Made by a program: the position numbers and the translations under genes. A stretch of DNA of 63,168 nt, filler included, from Chiloscyllium plagiosum (taxonomy: Eukaryota), in the NCBI RefSeq assembly GCF_004010195.1. It is 5 parts of one record of this genome, joined end to end, with 100 filler letters (N's around TTAATTAATTAA, not from the genome) between each part and the next. Parts side by side here need not be neighbours in the genome. Positions count along the whole stretch, not along the records: positions 1 to 13,345 come from NC_057712.1; 4 more parts are not named here. The stretch is one strand, 5' to 3'. The notes beneath the pieces were generated by a model, which had not been told where the DNA came from, did no database searches, and saw only the letters and a list, made by a program, of their open reading frames with translations. This document shows, piece by piece, positions 1 to 12,292 of the stretch (the stretch's first letter is position 1; each line of letters begins with the position of its first letter).

Positions 1-3000
1 CCGTGTTGGCCTGGCCTGGGACTCTCTAACCCTGAGTTTGCCTGGCCTGGGACTCTCTGCTCCTGCGTTGGCCTGGGACTCTCTGCCCCCCTGTTGGCCT
101 AGCCTGGGACTTTCTGCCCTCGTGTTGGCCAGGCCTGGGACACGCTGCCATCATGTTGGCCTGGCCTGGGACTTGCTGCCCTCGCGTTGGCTGGCCTCGG
201 ACTCTCTGCCCCATGTAGCCTGGCCTGGTGGGACTCCCTGCCCTCCGTGTTGGCCTGGCCTGGGACTCTCTGCCCCCGTGTTGGCCTGGCCTGGGACTCT
301 CTAACCCTGAGTTTGCCTGGCCTGGGACTCTCTGCTCCTGCGTTGGCCTGGGACTCTCTGCCCCCCTGTTGGCCTAGCCTGGGACTTTCTGCCCTCGTGT
401 TGGCCAGGCCTGGGACACGCTGCCATCATGTTGGCCTGGCCTGGGACTTGCTGCCCTCGCGTTGGCTGGCCTCGGACTCTCTGCCCCATGTAGCCTGGCC
501 TGGGATTCTCTGTCCGCACATTGGCTTGCCTGGCCTGGGACTCTCTGCCCCCGTCTTGGCCTGGCCTGGGACTCTCTGCCCCTGAGATTGCCTGGCCTGG
601 GACTCTCTGCCCTCGTGTTGTCCTGGCCTCTGACTCTCTGCCCTCGTGTTGGCCTGGTCTGGGACACTCTGCCCCTGAGTTGGCCTGGCCTTGGACTCTC
701 TGCTCTTGCGTTGGCTGGCCTGGCCTGGGACTCTCTGCCCCTGTGTTGGCCTGGCCTGGGACTGTCTGCCCCCCCTTGTTGGCCTGGCCTAGGACTGTCT
801 ATCCCCGTGTGGTCCTGGCCTGGGACTCTCTGCCCCCCTTGTTGGCTTGACCTGCGACTCTCTGCACTCCGCGTTGGCCCGGCCTGGGACTCACTGCCCC
901 CGGCGTTGGCCTGGCCTGGGACACTCTGCCCCCGCGTTGGCCTGCCCTGAAACTCTCTGCCCCCGCGTTGGCCTGGCCTGGGACACTCTGCCCCCGCGTT
1001 GGTCTGCCCTGGGACACTCTGCCCCCGCGTTGGTCTGCCCTGGGACACTCTGCCCCCGCGTTGGCCCGGCCTGGGACTCTCTGTCCGCGCATTGTCTTGC
1101 CTGGCCTGGCACTCTCTGCCCCCGTGTTGGCCTGGCCTGGGACTCTCTGCCCCTGAGTTGGTCTGGCCTGGGACTCTCTGCCCCTGAGATGGCCTGGTCT
1201 GGGACTCTCTGCCCCTGAGTTGGTCTGGCCTGGCCTGGGACACTCTGCCCCCACGTTGGTCTGGGACTCTCTGCCCCCGTGTTGGTCTGGCTTGGGACTC
1301 TCTGCCCTCATGTTGGCCTGGCCTGGGACTCTCTGCCCTTGCGTTGACCTGACCTGGGACTCTCTTCCCTGTGTTGGCCTGGGACTCTCTGCCCTCATGT
1401 TGGCCTGGCCTGGGACTCTCTGCCCCCCGCGTTGACCTGACCTGGGACTCTTTTCCCTGTGTTGGCCTGGGACTCTCTGCCCTCATGTTGGCCTGGCCTG
1501 GGACTTTCTGCCCTTGCGTTGACCTGACCTGGGACTCTCTTCCCTGTGTTGGCCTGGCCTGGGATTCTCTGCCACCCTGTTGGCCCGGCCTGGGACTCTC
1601 TGCCCTTGCGTTGACCTGACCTGGGACTCTCTGTCCCCCTGTCGACCTGGCCTGGGACTGTCTGCCGTCGTGTTGGCCTGACCTGAGACACTCTTGCCTC
1701 TGTGTTGGCCTGGCCTGGGACTCTCTGCCCTCCGCGTTCGACTGGCCTGGGATTTTCTGCCCTCCGCGTTGGTCTGACCTGGGACGCTCAGCCCCCGCGT
1801 TGGCCTGGCCTAGGACTCTCAGCCCCCGCGTTGGCCTGGCCTGGTACACTCTGCTCCTGCGTTACCCGGGCCTAAGACTCCCTGCCCGCGTGTTGGCCAG
1901 GCCTGGGAATCTCTGCTCCTGCGTTGGCCTGACCTGGGACTCTCTGCCCTCGCGTTGACCTGGCTTGGCCTGGGACACTCTGCCCCCGTGTTGGCCTGGC
2001 CTGGCCTGGACATTCTGCCCTCGCGTTGGCCTGGCCAGGAACTCTCTGCCCTCATGTTGGCCTGGCCTGTGACTCTCTGCCACCGTGTTGGCCTGGCCTG
2101 GCCTGGACACTCTGCCCCCTTGTTGGCCTGGCCCGAGACTCTCTGCATTCCGCGTTGGCCTGGCCTGGGATTTTCTGCCCCGTGTTGGCCTGGCCTGGGA
2201 CTCCATGCCCCCGCGTTGGTCGGGCCTGGGACTCCCTGCCCTCTGTGTTGGCCTGGCCTGGCCTGGGACTCTCTGCCCTCCGTGTTGGCCTGGCCTGGGA
2301 CTCTCTGCCTTGGCCTGGCCTGGAATCTCTGCCCCCATGTTGGCCTGGCCTGGGACTCTGTGCCCCCCGCGTTGGCCTGGCCTGGGACTCTCTGCTCCTG
2401 CGTTGGCCTGACCTAGGAATCTCTGCCCTCATGTTGGCCTGGCCTGGGACTCTCTGCCCCCCGCGTTGACCTGACCTGGGACTCTCTTCCCTGTGTTGGC
2501 CTGGGACTCTCTGCCCTCATGTTGGCCTGGCCTGGGACTTTCTGCCCTTGCGTTGACCTGACCTGGGACTCTCTTCCCTGTGTTGGCCTGGCCTGGGATT
2601 CTCTGCCACCCTGTTGGCCCGGCCTGGGACTCTCTGCCCTTGCGTTGACCTGACCTGGGACTCTTTGTCCCCGTGTTGGCCTGGCCTGGGACACTCTGCT
2701 CCTGAGATGGCCTGGCCTGGGACTCTCTGCCCCTGAGTTGGTCTGGCCTGGGACTCTCTGCCCCTGAGTTGGTCTGGCCTGGGACTCTCTGTCCGCGCAT
2801 TGGCTTGCCTGGCCTGGCACTCTCTGCCCCCGTGTTGGCCTGGCCTGGGACTCTCTGCTCCTGAGATGGCCTGGCCTGGGACACTCTGCTCCCGCGTTGG
2901 CCGGGCCAGACACTCTCTGCCCCCGTGTTGGCCTGACCTGGGACACTCCGCTCCCCGCATTGGCTTGGCCTGGGACTCACTGCCCCCGTGTAGCCGGGCC

Positions 3001-6000
3001 TGGGACGCTCTGTCGCCCGCATTGGCCTGGCCTGGGACTCACTGCCCCCGTGTTGGCCTGGCCTGGGAATCTCTGCATTCCGCGTTGGCCTGGCCTGGGA
3101 CTCTCTGCCCCTTGTAGGCCTGACCTGGGACTCTCTGCCTCCGTGTTGACCTGGCCTGGCCTGGACACTCTGCCCTCGCCTTGGCCTGGCCTGGGACTCT
3201 CTGCCCTCATGTTGGCCTGGCCTGCGACTCTCTGCCCCCGTGTTGGCCTGGCCTGGCCTGGGACTTTCTGCCCTCCGCGTTGGCCTGGCCTGGGACTCTC
3301 TGCCCTTGCGTTGGCCTGGCCTGGGACACTCTGCCTTCGCGTTGGCCTGGCCTGGGACTCTCTGCCCCCGCATTGGCCTGGCCTGGGATTCTCTGCCCCC
3401 GCGTTGGCCAGGCCTGGGAATCTCTGCATTCCGGGTTGGCCTGGCCTGGGACTCTCTGCCCCGTATTGGCTTGACCTGGGACTCTCTGTCCCCTGCGTTT
3501 GCATGGACTGGGACTCTCTGCTCCTGCGTTGGCCTGACCGGGGACTCTCTGCTCCTGCGTTGGCCTGACCTAAGACTCTCTGCCCCTGCACTGGTCTGGC
3601 CTGGGACTCTCTGCCCCCGTGTTGGCCTGGCCTGGTACTCTCTGCCCTCCGCGTTGGCCTGGCCTGGGATTCTCTGCCCCCGTGTTGGCCTGGCCTGGGT
3701 CTCTCTGCCCCCGCATTGGCCAGGCCTGGGACACTCTGCTCCTCGCGTTGGCCTGGCCTGGGACTTTCTGCTCCTGTGTTGGCCTGGCCTGGGACTCTCT
3801 GCCCTCCGTGTTGGCCTGGCCTGGGACTCTCTGCCCTCCGCGTTGGCCTGGCCTGGGACTCTCTGCTCCTGCATTGGCCAGGCCTGGGACACTCTGCTCC
3901 TCGCGTTGGCCAGGCCTGGGACTTTCTGCTCCTGTGTTGGCCTGGCCTGGGACTCTCTGCCCTCCTGTGTTGGCCTGGCCTGAGACTCTCTGCCCTCCGC
4001 GTTGGCCTGACCTGGGACTCTCTACCCTCCTCGTTGGCCTGGGACTCTCTGCCCTTGCGTTGACCTGACCTGGGACTTTCTTCCCTCTGTGTTGGCCTGG
4101 CCTGGGACTCTCTGCCGTCCGCTTTGGCCTGGCCTGGGACTCTCTGCTCCTGCATTGGCCTGGCCTGGGACTCTCTGCTCCTGCGTTGGCCTGACCTGGG
4201 ACTCTCTGCCCTCATGTTGGCCTGGCCTGGGACCTCTGCCCCCGTGTTGGCCTGGCCTGGGAATCTCTGCATTCCACGTTGGCCTGGCCTGGGATTCTCT
4301 GCCCCCTGTTGGCCTAGCCTGGGACTCTCTGCCCCCATGTTGGCCTGACCTGGCCTGGGACTCTCTGCCTTCGCGTTGGCCTGGCCTGACCTGGGACACT
4401 CTGCCCCCTTGTTGGCCTGGCCTGGACACTCTTCCCCCGCGTTGGCCTGGCCTGGGACTCTCTGCCCTCCGCTTTGGCCTGGCCTGGGATTCTCTGCCCC
4501 GTGTTGGCCTGACCTGGGACTCTATGGCCCCATGTTGCCTGGCCTGGGACTGTCTGCCCCCGTGTACCCTGGCCTGGGACTCTCTGCCCCCGTGTTGGCC
4601 TGGCCTGGGACTGTCTGCCGCCGCGTTGGCCTGGCCTGGGACTCTCTGCCCTCATGTTGGCCTGGCCTGGGACTGTCTGCCGCCGCATTGGCCTGGCCTG
4701 GGACACTCTGCAGCCATGTTGCCTGGCCTGGGACTCTCTGCCCCCCGCGTTGACCTGAACTGGGACTCTCTGCCCTCATGTTGGCCTGGCCTGCGACTCT
4801 CTGCTCCCGTGTTGGCATGTCCTGGGACTCTCTGCACCCGTGTTGGCCTGGCCTGGCACTGTCTGCCCCTGTGTTGGCCTGGCCTGGGACTCTCTGCCCT
4901 ACGCGTTGGCCTGACCTGGGACTCTCTGCCCTTGCGTTGACCTGACCTGGGACTTTCTTCCCTCTGTGTTGGCCTGGCCTGGGACTCTCTGCCCCCGCAT
5001 TGGCCTGGCCTGGGATTCTCTGCACCCGTGTTGGCCTGGTCTGGGACTCTCTCCCCCCGTGTTGGGCAGGCCTGGGCCACTCTTCTCCCCGCGTTGGCCT
5101 GGCTTGGGACTTTCTGCTCCTGCGTTGGCCTGACCTGGGTCTCTCCGCCCTCATGTTGGCCTGGCCTGGGACTCTCTGCCCCCTTTTGGCCTGACCTGGG
5201 ACTCTCTGCTCCTGCGTTCGCCTGACCTGGGACTCTCTGCCCCCGTGTTGTCCTGGCCTGGCCTGGGACTCTCTGCACCAGTGTTGCCTGGCCTGGGACT
5301 CTCTGACCCTGCGTTGGCCTGGCCTAGGACTCTCTGCCCCCGTGTTGTCCTGACCTGGGACTCTCTGCCCTCATGTTGGCCTGGCCTGGGACTCTCTGCC
5401 CCCGTGTTGGCCTGGCCTCGGAATCTCTGCATTCCACGTTGGCCTGGCCTGGGATTCTCTGCCCCCTGTTGGCCTAGCCTGGGACTCTCTGCCCCCGTGT
5501 TGGCCTGGCCTGGGACTCTCTGCCCCCGCATTGGCCTGGCCTGGGATTCTCTGCACCCGTGTTGGCCTGGTCTGGGACTCTCTCCCCCCGTGTTGGGCAG
5601 GCCTGGGCCACTCTTCTCCCCGCGTTGGCCTGGCTTGGGACTTTCTGCTCCTGCGTTGGCCTGACCTGGGTCTCTCCGCCCTCATGTTGGCCTGGCCTGG
5701 GACTCTCTGCCCCCTTTTGGCCTGACCTGGGACTCTCTGCTCCTGCGTTCGCCTGACCTGGAACTCTCTGCCCCCGTGTTGTCCTGGCCTGGCCTGGGAC
5801 TCTCTGCACCAGTGTTGCCTGGCCTCGTACTCTCTGACCCTGCGTTGGCCTGGCCTAGGACTCTCTGCCCCCGCGTTGACCTGACCTGGGACTCTCTGCC
5901 CCTGTGTTGGCCTGGCCTGGCCTGGGACTCTCTGCACCCATGTTGGCCTGGCCTGGGACTCTCTGCCCTCATGTTGGCCTGGCCTGGCCTGGGACTCTCT

Positions 6001-8452
6001 GCCCTCGATTTGGCCTGGCCTGACCTGGGACACTCTGCCCCCGTGTTGGCCTGGCCTGGACACTCTTCCCCCACGTTGGCCTGGCCTGGGACTCTCTGCC
6101 CTCCGCTTTGGCCTGGCCTGGGATTCTCTGCCCCGTGTTGGCCTGGCCTGGGACTCTCTGCTCCTGCGTTGGCCTGGCCTGGGATTCTCTGCCCCCTGTT
6201 GGCCTGACCTAGGACTCTCTGCCCCCCCGCGTTGGCCTGGCCTGGGACTCTCTGCCCTCCGCTTTGGCCTGGCCTGGGATTCTCTGCCCCCTGTTGGCCT
6301 GACCTAGGACTCTCTGCCCCCCCGCGTTGCCTGGCCTGGGACTCTCTGCTCTTGCGTTGGCCTGACCTGGGACTCTCTGCCCTCATGTTGGCCTGGCCTG
6401 GGACTCTCTGCTCCTGCATTGGCCTGGCCTGGGACTCTCTGCCCTCATGTTGGCCTGGCCTGGGTCTCTCTGCTCCCGCATTGGCCTGGCCTGGGACTCT
6501 CTGCCCCCGCACAGTTCTGGCCTGGGACTCTCTGCCCCCTGGGTTGGCCTGGCCTGGGACTCTCTGTTCCCGTGTTGGCTTGGCCTGGGACTCGCTGCCC
6601 TCGTGTTGTCCTAGCCTGGGACTCTCTGCCCCCATGTTGGCCTGGCCTGGGAATCTCTGCATTCCACATTGTCCTGGCCTGGGACTCTCTGCCCTCATGA
6701 TGGCCTGACCTGGGACTCTCTGCCCCCACGTTGGCCTGGCCTGGGAATCTCTGCATTCCACATTGGCCTGGCCGGGGACTCTCTGCCCCCTGCGTTGGCC
6801 TGGCCTGGGACTCTCTGCCCTCATGTTGGCCTTGGCCTGGGACTCTCTGCCCCCCGCGTTGGCCTGGCCTGGGACTCTCTGCCCTCACGTTGGCTTGGCC
6901 TGGGACTCGCTGCCCTCACGTTGGCCTGGCCTGTGACTCTCTGCTACCGCGTTGGCCTGGCCTGGGACTCTATGGCCCCATGTTGCCTGGCCTAGGACTG
7001 TCTGCCACCGTGTACCCTGGCCTGGGACTGTCTGCCCTCATGTTGGCCTGGCCTGGGACACTCTGCTCCTGCATTGGCCTGGCCTGGGACTCTCTGCCCC
7101 CGCGTTTGCCTGGGACTCCCTGCCCCCCTGTTGTCCTGGCCTGGGACTCTCTGCCCTCATGTTGGCCTGGCCTGGGACTCTCTGCTCCCGTTTTGGCATG
7201 TCCTGGGACTCTCTGCCCCCGTGTTGGCCTGGCCTGAGACTCTCTGCCCTCCGCGTTGGCCTGACCTGGGACTCTCTGCCCTTGCGTTGACCTGACCTGG
7301 GACTTTCTTCCCTCTGTGTTGGCCTGGCCTGGGACCCACTGCCCCCGCGTTGGCCTGGCCTGGGACTCTCTGCCCTCTGCGTTGGCCTGGCCTGGGACTC
7401 TCTGCCCTCCGCGTTGGCCTGGCCTGGACTCTCTGCCCCCGCGTTTGCCTGGGACTCCCTGCCCCCCTGTTGTCCTGGCCTGGGACTCTCTGCCCTCATG
7501 TTGGCCTGGCCTGGGACTCTCTGCTCCCGTTTTGGCATGTCCTGGGACTCTCTGCCCCTGCATTGGCCTGGCCTGGCACTGTCTGCCCCTGTGTTGGACT
7601 GGCCTGGGACTCTCTGCCCCCGTGTTGGCCTGGCCTGAGACTCTCTGCCCTCCGCGTTGGCCTGGCCTGGGACTCTCTGCCCTCCGCGTTGGCCTGGCCT
7701 GCGACTCTCTGCCCCGCATTGGCCTGGCCTGGGATTCTCTGCCCCCGTGTTGGCCTGGCCTGGGACTCTCTGCCCCCAATTGGCCTGGCCTGGGACTCTC
7801 TGGCCTTGCGTTGGCCTGGCCTGGGATTCTCTGCTCCCGTGTTGGCTTGGCCTGAGACTCGCTGCCCTCACGTTGGCCTGGCCTGGGACTCTCTGCCCCC
7901 ACATTGGCCTAGCCTGGGACTCTATGGCCCCATGTTGCCTGGCCTGGGACTGTCTGCCCCCGTGTACCCTGGCCTGGGACTCTCTGCACCCGTGTTGGCC
8001 TGGCCTGGGACTGTCTGCCACCGCGTTGGCCTGGCCTGGGACTGTCTGCCCCCATGTTGCCTGGCCTGGGACTCTCTGCCCTCCGCGTTGACCTGGCCTG
8101 GGACTCTCTGCTCCTGCGTTGGCCTGGCCTGGGACTCTCTGCCCCCGTGTTGGCCTGGCCTGGCCTGGGACTCTCTGCACCCGTGTTGCCTGGCCTGGGA
8201 CTCTCTGACCCTGCGTTGGTCTGGCCTGGGACTCTCTGCCTCCATGTTGGCCTAGCCTGGGACTCTCTGCCCCCCGCGTTGCCTGGCCTGGGAGTCTCTG
8301 CTCTTGCGTTGACCTGACCTGGGACTCTCTGCCCTCATGTTGGCCTGACCTGGGACTCCCTGCCCTCCGTGTTGGCCTGGCCTGGGACTCTCTGCCCCTG
8401 TGTTTGCCTGGCCTGGGACTTTCTACCCTCATGTTGGTCTGGCCTGGCCTGG
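1..8452. repeat. GC-rich minisatellite/satellite array, 31-bp unit (GTTGGCCTGGCCTGGGACTCTCTGCCCCCGY), with 26/36-bp variants from loss or gain of CCTGG
   Basis: Period of 31 seen directly (ACTCTCTGCC at 540, 571, 602). Plus strand is extremely A-poor. Array runs off the window start. Confidence 0.97.
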
Positions 8453-8457
8453 CGTAC

Positions 8458-8509
8458 CTTTCGCCTCCGGGTGTCGCCAACGATGACCTTCAGTTTTCTC
8501 CATCAACCT
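8458..8509 (-). other. Candidate internal exon (52 nt) of an unidentified spliced transcript
   Basis: Minus strand: long T-rich tract ...ttttattctcttttttcaaacttgtaactaacttatctag|AGGTTG...GCGAAAG|gtacgc. Unique sequence. Only open frame is RLMEKTEGHRWRHPEAK, which I do not recognise. Confidence 0.45.
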
Positions 8510-8658
8510 CTAGATAAGTTAGTTACAAGTTTGAAAAAAGAGAATAAAATAAAAAGAATGGGCAGAGCAGAGGAGGTCTGGCTGAAGCATCTTATTCTGC
8601 CCCCATCTGGGACTGTTGGGCTGTCGGGCTAACGTGCTGTTTAAAACAAACTTAGCGG

Positions 8659-8993
8659 TATATAAAATTATTAGAGATTTAGATTGGGTGGCTGGTTAGG
8701 GATTTTTTGCCAGGGAAGAGATTTCAAATACTAGGGGGCATAGGATTAAGTGGGGAGGGGAAAGGATTAAAGGAGATGTGCAAGGCAAATTTTTTTTTTT
8801 ACACAGCGGACAGTAAGTGCCTAGAACGTGCTGCTCTGGCAGATCGCAGAAGCCGGTATGATAGTAATGTACACTGACACATGACCAGACAGGAAGCATT
8901 TGTAGACAGATAGGATTAGTTTCTAAAGGCATCGTGATTGGTGCAGACATGGAGGGTTGAAGGGCCTGTTCCTGTGCTCCACTGTTCAATGTC
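8659..8993 (+). mobile_element. Degenerate CR1 LINE 3' end
   Basis: Similar to other CR1 3' ends in the window (actagggggcatagg..., ttttttacacagcgg..., gggttgaagggcctgttcctgtgct). Confidence 0.7.
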
Positions 8994-9632
8994 TTTTTTT
9001 TGGCAATACTCAAGCTGTGCACCACTTCACAACTATTTTCAAAGAATGTGACATTTTGTCATCTTTGGGAATCTTGACATTTTGCAAATCCAAAATTAGC
9101 TTCTTGTGGCCAATTAGAGAATTTAAAGCTAATTATGAAGTTAATACACTGTCAAAAATTCAGTTACACTTCATTTGGGGTGACAAACAGACTTAAGGGA
9201 AAAGCTCTTGTGAATTTGATAGATATTCTATTGTTTATAATCTCGAATTGCATTCCCTGGAGAAGCACAGAATTACTGATCTACAATTCTGTGTTCTTCA
9301 GCGCAATCTATTCTGTGGACTTATGAGGTTGCTGTCAATTTCAGTGAAGTCAGTGAATGAAGAGAATTTCATTATAATTACAATAAAATTTAAAAACAAG
9401 GATTGTAAAAGACACTTATTAAAAAAGGTCTAAACAGAATTTCCAGGTGAAACAGCATTTCTCACCTGTATACCCCCCAATCTTGTGTACTGTATTTGCT
9501 GCATCCAATGTGGCCTACTCCACACTGGAGAAACCAAACACAGACTGGGTGACTGCTTTGCAGAACACATTAAGTCTGTGTGCAAGCAGGATCCCAACCT
9601 TCCCATAGCCAGTCGTTTTAACATAACACTTC

Positions 9633-10148
9633 TCTACATCACTGAGACCAAATGTAAACTAAGGGCATATTTCACAGAGCAACTCAGCCAGTCACAAAGG
9701 CCAACCTGACCTCCCAGTCACCATCCATTTTAATTCCCCTTCCCATTCCCTCTACAACATGTCCATCCTCAGCCTCCTCCATTGCCACAGTGAATCAGAC
9801 CGCAGATTGGAGGAGGAAAACCTCATCTTCCACCTGGGCAGCCGATAGTCCGAAGCACTCAACACCGAGTTCTCCAATTTCAAATAACCCCCCTTCCTAT
9901 TCTCCAACTCCCTTTCCAGCCACTCCTTGTCCCTTCTATTCCACTTCCTTCCAATCACCAATCGGATTCATTCCTCCCATTGACCAACCAGGCCATACCC
10001 TCCATACTTGTGTTCACTTATCACTACCCCTCTCCCCAATCAAAACCCTCCCCCAATCCCTAGTCCTGAAGAAGGGTTCTACCAGAAACATTGACTTCCC
10101 CACCTCTTGATGCTGCCTGTCTTGCTGTGTTCTTCCAGCCTCCTTCTG
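9633..10148 (+). mobile_element. Nested PLE 3' fragment with pLTR
   Basis: Second copy of the ETK...EQL / LEEENLIFHLG endonuclease C-terminus, plus pLTR (cctgaagaagggttctaccagaaac...gatgctgcctgtcttgctgtgttcttccagc). Imperfect ~20-bp duplication at about 9612-9632 and 10149-10169. Confidence 0.75.
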
Positions 10149-10550
10149 GTCACTTTAACACAGCATTCTGCTCAGATGACCAGGTGTCTGTCCTCAGCAT
10201 ACTGCAATGCTCCAAAGAATCCCAACACAAACTGGAGGAACAACATCTCATCTTCAGACTAGGCACTTCACAGCCTTCTGGACTTAATAGTGAGTTCAAC
10301 ACCTTTAAATTGTGCACATTTCTTCCCTTCCTTTTAGCTCGTTATCATGTCCTCCCCTCCCGCATCCCACTTACTATCCTTTCAAGTCTGACAGGACACC
10401 CACCGTCGTTCTGCTATTCTCACATTCCAATCACTTAATCTGAACCATGACCATCTTTTCTTCACCAGCATCCTAACGCTACCCACCTCCCACCATTCCC
10501 ATACCCCCCAAACTATAACATAAATGCTGTCCCCTCCATACTTCAGCTTT

Positions 10551-10843
10551 TTTTTTTAAGATTATTTACAGTGTGGAAACAGGCCCTTCAGCCCAACAAG
10601 TCCACACGGACCCTCCGAAGAGCAACCCAGCCAGACCCATACACCTGCTAATACGGGCAATTTAGCATGGCCAATTCACCTAACCTGCACAATGTGGGAG
10701 GAAGCCAGAGCACCCGGAGGAAACCCACACAGACATGGGGAGAATGTGCAAACTCCACACAGACAGTTGCCCAAGGTGGGAATTGAACCCCGGTCTCTGG
10801 CGCTGTGAGGCAGCAGTGCTAACCACTGTGCCACCATGCTGCC
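10551..10843 (-). mobile_element. HE1-type tRNA-derived SINE
   Basis: Reverse-complement head gggcagcatggtggcacagtggttagcactgctgcctcacagcgccagagaccggggttcaattcc (A/B boxes) and CR1-like tail. TSD CAGCTTT at 10544-10550 and 10844-10850. Confidence 0.93.
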
Positions 10844-11049
10844 CAGCTTTGATGAAGAGTCACCTCAACTTGAAACGTTAGCTCTCTCTCCATGGATGCT
10901 GTCTGACCTGCTGTGATCTCCAGTATTTGTTGTCCCAGCATCTGCTGAGATTTGTTCATACTTATTTTAAAAACTTGTCGGGCCTGAGCTGGAGTACTGT
11001 CTTCATTTCTGGGTATCATGCTTTGATGAAGATGTCTGGGCCTCATATA

Positions 11050-11320
11050 GATTGCTGCCCGCAGCAGAATGATCAGTAACCAGATTGCACAGATTGAAGG
11101 AGTTGCATAAAAGAGCTTGAGGAAACTAACTTTTTTCTTAAACTGGGAAGAATTGTGATCTGGAAGGTTCAATGCCTCAGAAGTGATGGAAGCAGATTCA
11201 ATAGTAACCTTCAAAAGGGAAACTGGATAAATACTTAAAGGCAAAACAAATCAGGACCTTGGAGGAATAGCAAGGAGAGAGACTGATCAGAATGATCTCC
11301 TCAGCTGTGCAATTCTATGA
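11050..11320 (+). mobile_element. Highly degenerate CR1 3' fragment
   Basis: gaggaaactaacttttt...tggaa...gaagtgatggaagcagattcaatagtaaccttcaaaagggaaactggataaatact pattern. Confidence 0.55.
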
Positions 11321-11458
11321 TGGACCTAACCCACATCACAGTACGACAGCTATCAATGTTTTATTTGAGGTAATCACAATTGTAGCCATTTCTGTCTCTG
11401 TCCAAACACCCACCCACCACTGCTTCCTTTTAAATGGTGATTTATGAAATTACAGTAC

Positions 11459-11580
11459 CAGGCAATTTTTCTTCTTCGAAGTCAGACAATCCCACAGAGA
11501 ACTTGAATTTGCAGTCTTCTACGGCTTAACACTTGCGGCGTTTCATCAAAACATTTAATGTGATTTCAGCAGGAAAGTTT
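11459..11580 (-). other. Weak candidate exon (alternative acceptor would give 11459-11518)
   Basis: Unique sequence with donor CTG|gtactg. Acceptors are weak (tttataaaaag| or ccgtag|). Confidence 0.25.
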
Positions 11581-12292
11581 CTTTTTATAAAGTACAAACA
11601 GTGGAACTTTTTAAAAAATTTCGACTTTAACATTAACAGTAAATATTCAGAGCATATTTAAGTGAATGTTGCATTTTTGTTTCACAGATTCTGGGGGTAA
11701 TCCAAGATGGAGCACAGGAAAAATTTCTGGCTGTAACAGCTGCTCTGTTTTTTGAGGTATTTTAGGTGCTGGAGGTGATTTCCTCAAATTCCAGGAGCAG
11801 CAATTACTGTGTTATATACTGTTGCATTGTTTTGGAACTTTGGGAAAAAAAAGTCAAAACAGCAGTTTTAAAAGGGAGAAGAACAGACAAAGGAAGCACA
11901 TGGTGAGGTCATTGCAGGGGGGGGAGAGAGAGAGAGAGAGAGAAAAAGAGTCTGCACAGTTACTGCCTTTAATGTTTGAATTCATGTATCGCTGGACATC
12001 GGAGTGCATCTGGGAAAATTATTAAATAGTGAAATTCACAGCTGATCTTGGAGGAACTGTTGAGCGAAGTTCGCAGCACAGAATCAGATAAGTTAATCGT
12101 TGTTTTAAGTGTGGCCTACTGAGAATCTGCAGTAGTGAGAACAGTGGGTTCTTCTTGATTACATGTTTTTGGAGATAGGTCTCTTGATTAAACTTAAAAT
12201 ATAAGCCATAAATAATCATTTAACCTGGGGCAGTGTTGTAGAGAAATAAGACGGTGTTATTTGCTGGGTCTGTAGATTGTGAAGGAGCAAAA

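Larger units (their letters stand above)
9438..10945 (+). mobile_element. Old Penelope-like element 3' part (GIY-YIG endonuclease remnant plus pLTR), interrupted by a second PLE and a HE1 SINE
   Basis: NLVYCICCIQCGLLHTGETKHRLGDCFAEH (GIY-YIG), then KLEEQHLIFRLGTSQPSGLNSEF at 10230-10300. pLTR end with hammerhead-like motif at 10849-10879 and tail ccagcatctgc. Confidence 0.85.

Noticed and set aside
26..310. Telomere-like CTAACCCT at 26 and 301
   Set aside because: Single hexamers arising as satellite variants; there is no tandem (TTAGGG)n.
1..8452. CRISPR-like array
   Set aside because: Units are head-to-tail with no unique spacers, there are no cas genes, and the context is vertebrate.
26..8480. 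Dozens of long overlapping ORFs (up to 491 aa; AWPGTLCP / RESQARPT repeats)
   Set aside because: Product of an A-poor 31-bp repeat that rarely forms stops. The unit is not a multiple of 3 and ORFs occur in all six frames.
10780..10843. tRNA gene-like A/B boxes here and in other HE1 copies
   Set aside because: These are SINE heads continuous with HE1 bodies and tails, not cloverleaf tRNA genes.
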